Source of the DNA: a virus
Lineage: Duplodnaviria; Heunggongvirae; Uroviricota; Caudoviricetes
Reading direction: 5' to 3' (one strand)
Length of the DNA: 64,000 nucleotides
Virus record (IMG/VR): IMGVR_UViG_3300032330_001609
Location: 69,975-133,974 of that record
The stretch's first letter is position 1. Each line of letters opens with the position of its first letter. Positions 1 to 8,834 of this stretch are shown piece after piece. The notes under the pieces were generated by a model that saw only the letters and a list, made by a program, of their open reading frames with translations, was not told where the DNA came from and did not search any database. A program made the position numbers and the translations under genes.

Positions 1-1965
1 GAGGATGTCTTATTATTAGATAGGGCGAGTAGAAATGTTGGGGATAAAATATTTGTGGATGTATTATCTTTAAAAAATAGGTTAACCGATATTAACGAAA
101 AAACGTCACTTTATACTATGATTGCGACAATTCTAACGGAAAATAATTTCCAAATTATGAATTTACCATCATATGTTAATTTTTATAATGTTCAAGATGT
201 GTCTAAAAATCCGACACCAAGAGCCGAAGGTAGTTTAGAGTTTGCTAACACTTTATTTGGTAATTTTATGAATGTTGATTACAGAGAATCATCACCAAAA
301 TTAGTATGTTTTTATGCGGGTAAAACAAGTGAACAATTAGCGATTAAAAATAATGTTGACTATAGATTTAGAGATGATGCTTTTGATTTAACAAGACAAG
401 GTGATAATCCATTGTTTGAAAATCAAATGGGTAAAAAAGATTGGGATAAATCAAATAAAGTTGTTGGTTTTAATGTTGATATTGGTCCACAAAATCAATC
501 AATGTTTCATTCATTCCAAGTTGCACAAAACCCCGGTTTAGCTACTATGGAATCATTAGCGGTTGAAACTCAAATGTCTAACTTATATAATGGTACCGGA
601 GGCGCTACTCAGAATATTTCACTTTATAACTTGTATAAAAATAGAAGTTATAGTTGTACTTTATTTATGATGGGTAACGCATTGATACAACCAACAATGT
701 ATTTTAATTTAAGACACGTACCAATGTTTTCAGGACCTTATATGATTCAAAAAGTTAATCATACAATTAGTCCGGGACATTTTGAAACAATTATTGAAGG
801 TGTAAGACAACCTACGGCTGAATTACCTAAAATTGAAAATTTTATTCAGGTATTAAAACAAACGTTATTAACCTCAATTATTCAAAAAATACAACAGGAG
901 AAAACTACCACATCGGCTAGTACGACTAATGTTTTAGGACAAACTGCTCAAAATTATGATTCACAAAAAGGTAATGATAAGATGAAAACATCTCAAACAC
1001 CTAAATGTGTCATTAGTGATACTAGATATAAAGGATTTTCACCGGTTGATAATCCTGCAAAAACAAGTGAAAATTTTAAAACAGTTATTGATTCAATTAA
1101 GTCATCTACCGATAATGTGTCGTTACAATATACTGTTTTTGCAACATTATATATTGCATCTAAAAATGGGGATGGTTTAACGGCTTATGATAACAATTAT
1201 TCAAACATAACATTAGACCAATATTGGGGTGAAGCATTTTCAAATAAATGGTTTAGTAATAAACAATTTTTCTGTGGTTCATTAAATAGTGATAAATCAG
1301 ATAGACCTTATATTAGTTTTTCAAATATAGGTGAATGTGTTGGAATGCTATGTGACAGATGGTTGCCTAAAATAGGTTTAATTAAAAATCTTGATACTCC
1401 GGATGATATTGCTAAATTTTGGATATTATATAATAACGCAAGTGATAAACGAGAGGATAATGTGTATACTACATATAATCCAACCGATTTACAAAATTTA
1501 AAAGATAAAATTACTGAATCATTTAAAATATTTAATCCGGCAACAGGTAATGTTACAAATACACAACCACCGGCAAATACAGTAGAATTTAACCCTTTTA
1601 TTGACAAATATAGTTATACTGTTTCAACTCCACCAATGTTAGAATCATTAAAAGTAACTATAGATTCTTCTCAAGGTGCTTGGGAAATATTTTCAGCAAG
1701 ATGGGATTATAAAATAACGGCACCTTGTAATGATGGTTCCGGTACTAATGCAGACCTTTCTGCTGGAAATATAAGTTCTAATAAACAACAATATTTTGTT
1801 GATACACAATCATTATTACAAGAATTTGACTGTGATAATAAAGATTTTAAAGGTGACTATACATTAACTCTAAGATTAAATGCTAATCCAATGACATCAA
1901 GTGGTCAACTTGATACAACGAGAAAACAGGCAATTAAAAGATTCTCGTATAATTTTAAACTTTAA
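1..1965 (+). CDS. Baseplate hub-like virion protein, 5'-truncated by the window edge
   Basis: Frame is open from base 1 (EDVLLLDRASRNVGDKIFVD...). The segment MYFNLRHVPMFSGPYMIQKVNHTISPGHFETIIEGVR resembles the C-terminus of gp27/gpD/VgrG-type hub folds. Baseplate wedge genes occur downstream. Confidence 0.5.
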   Translation, partial: EDVLLLDRASRNVGDKIFVDVLSLKNRLTDINEKTSLYTMIATILTENNFQIMNLPSYVNFYNVQDVSKNPTPRAEGSLEFANTLFGNFMNVDYRESSPKLVCFYAGKTSEQLAIKNNVDYRFRDDAFDLTRQGDNPLFENQMGKKDWDKSNKVVGFNVDIGPQNQSMFHSFQVAQNPGLATMESLAVETQMSNLYNGTGGATQNISLYNLYKNRSYSCTLFMMGNALIQPTMYFNLRHVPMFSGPYMIQKVNHTISPGHFETIIEGVRQPTAELPKIENFIQVLKQTLLTSIIQKIQQEKTTTSASTTNVLGQTAQNYDSQKGNDKMKTSQTPKCVISDTRYKGFSPVDNPAKTSENFKTVIDSIKSSTDNVSLQYTVFATLYIASKNGDGLTAYDNNYSNITLDQYWGEAFSNKWFSNKQFFCGSLNSDKSDRPYISFSNIGECVGMLCDRWLPKIGLIKNLDTPDDIAKFWILYNNASDKREDNVYTTYNPTDLQNLKDKITESFKIFNPATGNVTNTQPPANTVEFNPFIDKYSYTVSTPPMLESLKVTIDSSQGAWEIFSARWDYKITAPCNDGSGTNADLSAGNISSNKQQYFVDTQSLLQEFDCDNKDFKGDYTLTLRLNANPMTSSGQLDTTRKQAIKRFSYNFKL

Positions 1966-1983
1966 TTTTTCTTAACTAACAGA

Positions 1984-1990
1984 TATTTAT
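1984..1990 (+). promoter_or_regulatory. TATTTAT motif (candidate phage-sigma promoter)
   Basis: Intergenic, upstream of the ATG at 2004; recurring motif. Confidence 0.5.
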
Positions 1991-2003
1991 ATATAAAAAG
2001 ATT

Positions 2004-2228
2004 ATGAACACAAAATTAATATTAGACAATTATTTAGGTAAAACCACAAGAAGCTCAGAGAAAGATTTGGGTAATGGTTCTAAACAGGTTTGTGATTTAG
2101 ATACGGGAGATTGTTATACTATCAGAATGAAAGATGGTTTAATTGAACGTGTGGATAACACTATGAATACACATAAAAAAATCCAAGTTGAAACTGCAAC
2201 AGGTGTAAAACAATTATTAAACGGATAA
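2004..2228 (+). CDS. Hypothetical protein, 74 aa
   Basis: ATG in A-rich context; stop overlaps the next start (TAATG). Confidence 0.8.
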   Translation: MNTKLILDNYLGKTTRSSEKDLGNGSKQVCDLDTGDCYTIRMKDGLIERVDNTMNTHKKIQVETATGVKQLLNG

Positions 2229-2923
2229 TGAAAAAAATAGACAGTAGAATTATAGAGGAGATTGCTAGATACAATTCTATCAATCAATATATTGTTGAAC
2301 AAGACGCAACATTACCACCACCACCGGGAGAAGACCCAAATGCTCTTCCACCGGCTGACCCGGCTGCAGGGGCACCTGTAGACCCTAATTTAGCACCACC
2401 CGCACCGGAAGCACCAACTGCTCAACCTGTTGATGTTGCTAACGACCCGGATGTTGAAAAAATAGGTGATGAATCAAAACCTGAAACAGCACCTGAAACG
2501 GCTGGAGGTTCTACTGAAGAATTAGATATCACTGATTTGGTTAAATCTCAGAAAAAAGTTGAAGAAAAACAAGAAGAATATTTCAATAACTTATTCCAAC
2601 ACTTAACTGATTTAGAGACTAAATTAGGTGAAATGGATGGTATTATGACCAAATTAAACGACTTGGAGGCTAAAGTTGAAAAATATAGAGATAAAACACC
2701 TCAAGAAAAATTAGAGTTAAGAAGTTTAGACTCAGGACCATTCAATCAAAAGTTATCAGATTTCTTTGAAGATAAAGAAGAAGATATGGAAAAGTCCGGA
2801 AAAAATGAGTATATTTTAACTCAAGATGAGGTTGAGGATTTTTCACCTAGTGACATTAAAAAAACATTTAGAAATTTTGAAGATTCAATTCCCTCACAAG
2901 GAGGATTCCAAAAAATAGCATAA
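2228..2923 (+). CDS. Hypothetical protein with Pro/Ala-rich linker and coiled coil, possibly head-associated
   Basis: PPPPGEDPNALPPADPAAGAP low-complexity segment; heptad region LTDLETKLGEMDGIMTKLNDLEAKV; N-terminal IEEIARY..I..Y..EQ motif. Confidence 0.75.
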   Translation: MKKIDSRIIEEIARYNSINQYIVEQDATLPPPPGEDPNALPPADPAAGAPVDPNLAPPAPEAPTAQPVDVANDPDVEKIGDESKPETAPETAGGSTEELDITDLVKSQKKVEEKQEEYFNNLFQHLTDLETKLGEMDGIMTKLNDLEAKVEKYRDKTPQEKLELRSLDSGPFNQKLSDFFEDKEEDMEKSGKNEYILTQDEVEDFSPSDIKKTFRNFEDSIPSQGGFQKIA

Positions 2924-2956
2924 AATAAAACGGACTAAAAAAGTCCGTTTTATTTT
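2922..2956. terminator. Intrinsic terminator, potentially bidirectional
   Basis: Perfect 15-bp stem AAAATAAAACGGACT/AGTCCGTTTTATTTT with 5-nt loop, at the stop of 2228..2923. Confidence 0.85.
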
Positions 2957-2966
2957 CACAAAAAAT

Positions 2967-2995
2967 TTGACAAACACACGGCTGACACTTATACT
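2967..2995 (+). promoter_or_regulatory. Host-type (early) promoter of the SSB/recA block
   Basis: TTGACA-N17-TATACT between the terminator and the SSB start; same geometry as the Bacteroidota -33/-7 promoter. Confidence 0.7.
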
Positions 2996-3023
2996 TTTAT
3001 AAACTTTAAATATTTTAAACACT

Positions 3024-3878
3024 ATGGCGACAAATTCATTAGACGCAGTTTTGGCTCAATATGAGCAATCAAAACAAGGTAGTTCTTCTTCTACCTCAAA
3101 ATTCACACAAGAAGAGAGAATGAAAAAATACTTCGCGGCAATCCTTAACGATAAGGAAACCCAAGGACAAAGAAGATTAAGAATCTTACCTACAACAGAT
3201 GGTTCTTCACCATTCAAAGAGGTTTACTTCCACGAGATTCAAGTAGACGGAAAATTCCAAAAATTTTATGACCCGGGAAAAAACGACAATGAACGTTCAC
3301 CTTTAAATGAGGTTTACGAAGAATTACGTTCAACAGGTAAAGAAGCTGATAAAAAATTATCAACAAATTACTTATCACGTAAATTCTATATTGTTAAAGT
3401 TATTGATAGAGATAACGAGGCAGACGGAGTTAAATTTTGGAGATTCAAAGCTAACTACAAAAACGAAGGAATTTATGATAAAATTATTCCTATCTACAGA
3501 AACAAAGGTGACATCGCTGACCCTCAAACAGGTAGAGACCTTATCTTAGAATTAACTAAGGCAAAAACTCCAAAAGGTGCTTACTACACCGTGATTCAAA
3601 CTGTTATGTATGATGATGCAACTCCTGTTCACGAGGACAAAGAAATTGCAGAATCTTGGATTAACGATGAGTTAACTTGGGAAGATGTTTATTCTAAAAA
3701 ACCGGTTGAATACTTAGAGGCGATTGCAAGAGGTGAAACTCCAAAATGGAACTCAGAAAAAGGTGGTTACGATTATGGTAACTCTGATGAAGATGAAATG
3801 TCTTTTGGTGGGTCTAAACCATCAGTACCATCTGACCCACAAGCAGATGCTGAAGGAGATGACGATATGCCATTCTAA
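3024..3878 (+). CDS. Single-stranded DNA-binding protein (T4 gp32-like)
   Basis: RLRILP...PFKEVYFH core; acidic tail ending DDDMPF; adjacent to the recombinase. Confidence 0.75.
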   Translation: MATNSLDAVLAQYEQSKQGSSSSTSKFTQEERMKKYFAAILNDKETQGQRRLRILPTTDGSSPFKEVYFHEIQVDGKFQKFYDPGKNDNERSPLNEVYEELRSTGKEADKKLSTNYLSRKFYIVKVIDRDNEADGVKFWRFKANYKNEGIYDKIIPIYRNKGDIADPQTGRDLILELTKAKTPKGAYYTVIQTVMYDDATPVHEDKEIAESWINDELTWEDVYSKKPVEYLEAIARGETPKWNSEKGGYDYGNSDEDEMSFGGSKPSVPSDPQADAEGDDDMPF

Positions 3879-3886
3879 TAAAACAA

Positions 3887-3974
3887 ACTTGGACATATAT
3901 CTTGGACACTTGGATTATCCTGGTGTCCAAGTTGTCTAAAAAACTTACAAAAATTAACATTTACTTGGACATAT
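3887..3974. repeat. CTTGGACA x3 plus one inverted copy between ssb and recA
   Basis: CTTGGACA at 3888, 3901, 3964; TGTCCAAG at 3924; 12-mer ACTTGGACATAT identical at 3887 and 3963. Confidence 0.9.
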
Positions 3975-4971
3975 GGCAATAAAAAAGAAAACATTCTCTA
4001 TGGAGGATATTAAAGGAAAATACTCTACCAAAACAAAGTATAAAGACGAAAGTTATTATAATTGTGGTGAAGCGTTTATGGAGGCTTGTGGATTACCGGG
4101 ACCTATTATGGGTGGTATAAATATGTTTTTAGGACATTCAAACTCTTCAAAAACTACTGCGATGATTTTAGCGGCGGCTGATGCTCAAAGAAGAGGTGAC
4201 TTACCGGTTCTTATAATTACCGAGAAAAAATGGAGTTGGAAACACGCGGTTGAATTAGGATTACAAGCCGAACAAGATGAAGATGGTAATTGGGATGGTC
4301 ATTTTATCTTTAATGATAGTTTTGACTATATTGAACAATTAACCGATTATATGAATGATATATTGGATGCTCAAGAAAGTGGAGACATTCCTTATAACAT
4401 TTTATTTTGTTGGGATTCAGTAGGTTCTATTCCTTGTAAGATGACTTACGAAGGTAAAGGTGGAAAAATGCACAACGCGGCGGCACTTGCTGACACAATT
4501 GGTATGGGTATTCACTCAAGAATCTCTAAAACCAAAAAAGAAAGTGTTCCATACTACGCAACGATGGTTGTAATTAACCAACCTTGGGTTGACCTACCGG
4601 ACAATCCATTTGGACAACCTGAAATTAAAGCTAAAGGTGGTGAGGCATTATGGTTGGCATCAAGTTTAGTATTCTTATTTGGTAATCAGAAGAAAGCGGG
4701 TATTAACCACATTACAGCAACCAAAGGTGGAAGAACAGTGGCTTACGCAACAAGAACTAAAATCTCAGTATTAAAAAACCACGTTAATGGTATTTCATTC
4801 AAAGATGGTAAAATCATTGCGGTTCCACAAGGGTATATTAAAGACGATAAATCGGCTTTAGAAAAATACAAAAAAGAGTATTCAGAATTTTGGAATCAAA
4901 TCTTATCAGGTGATGGAGAAATCGTCTATAAAGATATTGTAACAAAAGTAGAAGAAGAGGACGAAGACTAG
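3973..4971 (+). CDS. recA: RecA/UvsX-family recombinase
   Basis: Walker A-like GHSNSSKT, Walker B-like LFCWDSVGS, VVINQ and KAKGGEAL motifs, TKISVLKNH. Confidence 0.85.
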   Translation: MAIKKKTFSMEDIKGKYSTKTKYKDESYYNCGEAFMEACGLPGPIMGGINMFLGHSNSSKTTAMILAAADAQRRGDLPVLIITEKKWSWKHAVELGLQAEQDEDGNWDGHFIFNDSFDYIEQLTDYMNDILDAQESGDIPYNILFCWDSVGSIPCKMTYEGKGGKMHNAAALADTIGMGIHSRISKTKKESVPYYATMVVINQPWVDLPDNPFGQPEIKAKGGEALWLASSLVFLFGNQKKAGINHITATKGGRTVAYATRTKISVLKNHVNGISFKDGKIIAVPQGYIKDDKSALEKYKKEYSEFWNQILSGDGEIVYKDIVTKVEEEDED

Positions 4972-4993
4972 TACTAACGTAAACAAACAAAAA

Positions 4994-5995
4994 GTGGTTA
5001 AAACACTATTAGTGGATGGTAACAATTTAACAAAAATTGGATTCCACGGGGTTAAAGATTTTTTTAATAAAGGTAAACACATAGGTGCCGTATGGCACTT
5101 TGTGAATACTCTTCGTAGACTTATAGACGAAGAAAACTACGACAAAGTAGTTGTGTTTTGGGATGGGGATGATAATTCCCTTACCCGAAAAACATTATAT
5201 CCCCAATATAAAGAAAAAAGAAGAGCGACCGACGATTTCAAAGACCAATCTTTTGAAGAACAAAAAGAGAGGATTAAAGAGTATTTGGAAGAGTGTTATA
5301 TAAGACAAATAAACGTCGAAAAAAACGAGGCGGATGATTTGATTGCTTATTACTGCCAAATCTCGGAGAACGAACAAAAGACCATATTTTCGGGGGATAA
5401 AGACCTTATCCAACTTATCTCGGACAAAGTGTCGGTATATTATCCAAAAACCAAACAAACATTCAGAAATGGTGACAAAGTAATGTTGGAATATTATTAT
5501 TTTCCACATCAAAATGTTCGTACCTATAAGATTTTATCGGGTGATAAATCCGATAACATTGATGGTATTTCCGGACTTGGAGAGAAAACACTCATAAAGT
5601 TTTTTCCTGAGCTACTTGAAAAAACGGTTTCTGTTTCCGATATTTTACAAAAGGCTGAAGTCCTACTAAAAGAGAATAGAAGTAATAAGACTTTACAGAA
5701 TCTATTATCAGGGAAAACAAGAACCGGAGTATATGGTGATGAGTTTTTTGAGGTTAACCAAAAGATTGTTGACTTATCAAATCCTCTAATAACCGAAGAA
5801 GGAAAAGAACTTGTTGAGTTGTATTATAAGGAAAGTTTGGACCCTGATGGGAGGGGTTATCGAAACCTTATAAAGATGATGATGGAAGATGGATTCTTCA
5901 AATATCTACCAAAGGGGGATGATGCGTGGGTGAATTTTGTTAGACCCTTTATGAAACTAACAAGAAAAGAAAAAAGAAATTACAAAAACAATTAA
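4994..5995 (+). CDS. 5'-3' exonuclease / flap endonuclease (PolI N-terminal, T4 RNase H family)
   Basis: LLVDGNN, VVFWDG, YPQYKEKR, EADDLIA, SGDKDL, GDKSDNIDGISGLGEKT motifs; GTG start. Confidence 0.92.
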   Translation: MVKTLLVDGNNLTKIGFHGVKDFFNKGKHIGAVWHFVNTLRRLIDEENYDKVVVFWDGDDNSLTRKTLYPQYKEKRRATDDFKDQSFEEQKERIKEYLEECYIRQINVEKNEADDLIAYYCQISENEQKTIFSGDKDLIQLISDKVSVYYPKTKQTFRNGDKVMLEYYYFPHQNVRTYKILSGDKSDNIDGISGLGEKTLIKFFPELLEKTVSVSDILQKAEVLLKENRSNKTLQNLLSGKTRTGVYGDEFFEVNQKIVDLSNPLITEEGKELVELYYKESLDPDGRGYRNLIKMMMEDGFFKYLPKGDDAWVNFVRPFMKLTRKEKRNYKNN

Positions 5996-6004
5996 TTTAA
6001 AATT

Positions 6005-6457
6005 ATGAAAGACCAAGATTCAGTAAAATTAGAATTCTTAATGATGGTAAACGATAACATTATCGTTCAAAGATTTTTCAACGTGAGAGAGTTTAACGAC
6101 AAAGCTAAAAATTCGTTAGAACTTTATGAAGTTATCCATACTTTGAAACAGGATATCCAATCTCAATTGGCGTTGAAAACCGTTACATATATGACAGACA
6201 ATATGTACGAAATTATTAACAATCCGGCTATTTTGGAAACGTCTTATATTGACGGACCGGAGTACTTTAACATCTTTATTAAACAAAATGATATGACAAT
6301 TTGTCATAGACAGATAGATGCAAAAGTATACCCTCCGAAGGTAAGATATACTGTAGATGTACGCCCACACCTAAAAAACTTGTTAATGAATTTGACTGAC
6401 ATTTTCTCGTCAAAAAATTTAACATACAATTATCTAGACGTTAACCTAAGTGTATAG
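6005..6457 (+). CDS. Hypothetical protein, 150 aa
   Basis: ORF fills the gap in the replication operon with an A-rich start context. Confidence 0.75.
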   Translation: MKDQDSVKLEFLMMVNDNIIVQRFFNVREFNDKAKNSLELYEVIHTLKQDIQSQLALKTVTYMTDNMYEIINNPAILETSYIDGPEYFNIFIKQNDMTICHRQIDAKVYPPKVRYTVDVRPHLKNLLMNLTDIFSSKNLTYNYLDVNLSV

Positions 6458-6464
6458 TATTTAT
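6458..6464 (+). promoter_or_regulatory. TATTTAT motif
   Basis: Intergenic, upstream of the helicase ATG at 6487. Confidence 0.45.
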
Positions 6465-6486
6465 CAAATACACTAATAAAAAATAT

Positions 6487-7878
6487 ATGGCGACAAACAA
6501 AAATTTTGAGTATCTAGGTAGCACATTTCAGCTACAATTATTAAACCAAATCATTGTTGATAAAGACTTCTCAAGGTCTATTATCGATGTGATTGAAGCA
6601 AATTATTTTGAAAATAAATATTTCAAACTAATCATCCAAATGATTAAGGAATATTATTCAAAATACGAACATACTCCTACGTTTGACACCTTAGAACAAA
6701 TTACAAAATCTGAATTACAACAACCTCTGGCAGCAAAAATCGTTATTGATACACTTAATAAGATTAAAGAAACGGATGTTGAGGGTGCGGAATTTGTACA
6801 AGAAAAATCAATGAAATTCTGTAAACAACAAGAGTTACAAAAAGTAATGGTTAAAGCTCAAAAAATCATCGATGCGGGTGAATTTGAGAGTTATGACACA
6901 TTAGAAGAATTGGTTAGTAAAGCTCTTCAGGTTGGGGAACACGATAAGGGAACTGAAAGTGTTTTTAGCAATTTGGATGAGGTTCTAAACGAAGATTATC
7001 GTCATCCGATACCAATGGGTATTCCGGGGATAGATAGACTCTTAAAAGGTGGTTTAGCGAAGGGTGAAATCGGTGTTGTTTTAGCACCAACTGGTGTTGG
7101 TAAATCTACTTTACTGACAAAAATCTCAAATCACGCATTTAATTTGGGATACAATGTTTTACAAATTTTCTTTGAGGATAACCCAAAGATTATTCAACGT
7201 AAACACATTACCTTATGGACAAAAATCCACCCGGATGAATTGTCTTTAAGAAAAGAGGAAGTTATGGAAAAAGTTAAGACTGTTAAGGAAACAATGACTA
7301 ATCAACTTATTCTTAAAAAACTTCCATCTGATACCGTAACAATGATGCAAATTAAAAATCAGATTAGAAAGATGATGTCTGAAGGAATAAAAATTGATAT
7401 GGTATTATTGGACTACATTGACTGTGTGGTTCCGGATAAAAACTTAGGAGATGAATGGAAATCTGAGGGTTCTGTAATGAGAGGATTCGAGGCAATGTGT
7501 CACGAGTTGGATATCGTTGGATGGACAGCAACTCAGGGTAATAGAAGTTCAATATCTTCAGATGTAGTGACTACCGACCAAATGGGTGGTTCTATCAAAA
7601 AAGCACAGGTTGGACACGTAATCATTTCCGTGGCTAAATCTCTACAACAAAAAGAAATGAAATTGGCTACAATCGCTATCACAAAATCACGTATTGGTGA
7701 TGATGGTGTTGTCTTTGAGAATTGTAAATTTGATAATGGTATGTTGGAAATAGATACAGAAAGTTCGGTAACGTTCTTAGGTCTTGAAGAACAAACTGAA
7801 GAGAGAAATAGACAAAGAATCAAAGATTTGTTAGACAAGAGAAAACAAAAAGAAGAACAAAAACAAAATCAAAATTAA
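6487..7878 (+). CDS. dnaB: Replicative DnaB-like helicase
   Basis: Walker [34 protein letters not shown] arginine-finger region. Confidence 0.9.
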   Translation: MATNKNFEYLGSTFQLQLLNQIIVDKDFSRSIIDVIEANYFENKYFKLIIQMIKEYYSKYEHTPTFDTLEQITKSELQQPLAAKIVIDTLNKIKETDVEGAEFVQEKSMKFCKQQELQKVMVKAQKIIDAGEFESYDTLEELVSKALQVGEHDKGTESVFSNLDEVLNEDYRHPIPMGIPGIDRLLKGGLAKGEIGVVLAPTGVGKSTLLTKISNHAFNLGYNVLQIFFEDNPKIIQRKHITLWTKIHPDELSLRKEEVMEKVKTVKETMTNQLILKKLPSDTVTMMQIKNQIRKMMSEGIKIDMVLLDYIDCVVPDKNLGDEWKSEGSVMRGFEAMCHELDIVGWTATQGNRSSISSDVVTTDQMGGSIKKAQVGHVIISVAKSLQQKEMKLATIAITKSRIGDDGVVFENCKFDNGMLEIDTESSVTFLGLEEQTEERNRQRIKDLLDKRKQKEEQKQNQN

Positions 7879-7882
7879 AAAA

Positions 7883-8833
7883 ATGGAAGAAAAAATATTA
7901 AAAGAAAATCCGGATAGATTCGTGATTTTCCCAATTCAGTATAATGATATTTGGGAATATTACCAACAACATCAAGCGGCATTTTGGACGGCAGAAGAAG
8001 TTGATTTATCTAACGACATTAGAGATTGGGAAAATTTAACTGATAATGAAAGATTCTTTGTGAAGAATGTATTATCATTCTTTGCGGCATCTGACGGAAT
8101 TGTTAACGAAAACCTTGCGGAGAATTTCTTAAAAGAAGTTCAATACCCTGAGGCAAAATTTTTCTACGGATTCCAACTTATGATGGAGAACATTCACTCA
8201 TTAATGTATTCATTATTGATTGATACCTATATCTCAGATGCTGATGAAAAAGACGAATGTTTCCACGCAATCGATAGATTACCTGCGGTTCAGAAGAAAG
8301 CTAAATGGGCGTTAGATTGGATTGAAAATTCTACTTTCCAAGAAAGATTGGTGGCGTTTGCTGCGGTTGAAGGTATCTTCTTCTCAGGTTCATTCTGTTC
8401 AATCTTTTGGATGAAGTCAAGAGGTATTATGCAAGGTTTATGTAACGCAAATTCTTTGATTTTCAAAGATGAAAACTTACATTGTGATTTTGCAATTCAC
8501 TTATTAAATAATCACGTTGAGAATAGACCAAGTGAAAAACGAATTAGAGAAATCTTATTATCAGCTTTAGAGATTGAGAAAGAATTCATTACAGAATCTT
8601 TACCGGTATCATTGATTGGTATGAACTCAAACTTGATGAAACAATATTTAGAATTCGTTGTTGACGGATTACTAGTTAAGTTAGGATGTAAGAAACAATT
8701 TAACGTAGAACAACCATTTAAGTTTATGGAACAAATTGCGGTTGAAACAAAGGGTAACTTCTTTGAATCAAGAACTGTTGAGTACCAAAAAGCTAAATTA
8801 GGGGAATCATTAACATTTACAGACGATTTTTAA
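7883..8833 (+). CDS. nrdB: Ribonucleotide reductase class Ia beta subunit
   Basis: [32 protein letters not shown] (radical Tyr), [19 protein letters not shown]. Confidence 0.97.
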   Translation: MEEKILKENPDRFVIFPIQYNDIWEYYQQHQAAFWTAEEVDLSNDIRDWENLTDNERFFVKNVLSFFAASDGIVNENLAENFLKEVQYPEAKFFYGFQLMMENIHSLMYSLLIDTYISDADEKDECFHAIDRLPAVQKKAKWALDWIENSTFQERLVAFAAVEGIFFSGSFCSIFWMKSRGIMQGLCNANSLIFKDENLHCDFAIHLLNNHVENRPSEKRIREILLSALEIEKEFITESLPVSLIGMNSNLMKQYLEFVVDGLLVKLGCKKQFNVEQPFKFMEQIAVETKGNFFESRTVEYQKAKLGESLTFTDDF

Positions 8834-8834
8834 T

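Noticed and set aside
3887-3974. CRISPR mini-array
   Set aside because: Repeats are only 8-12 bp, irregularly spaced, and one is inverted; no spacer-sized unique units
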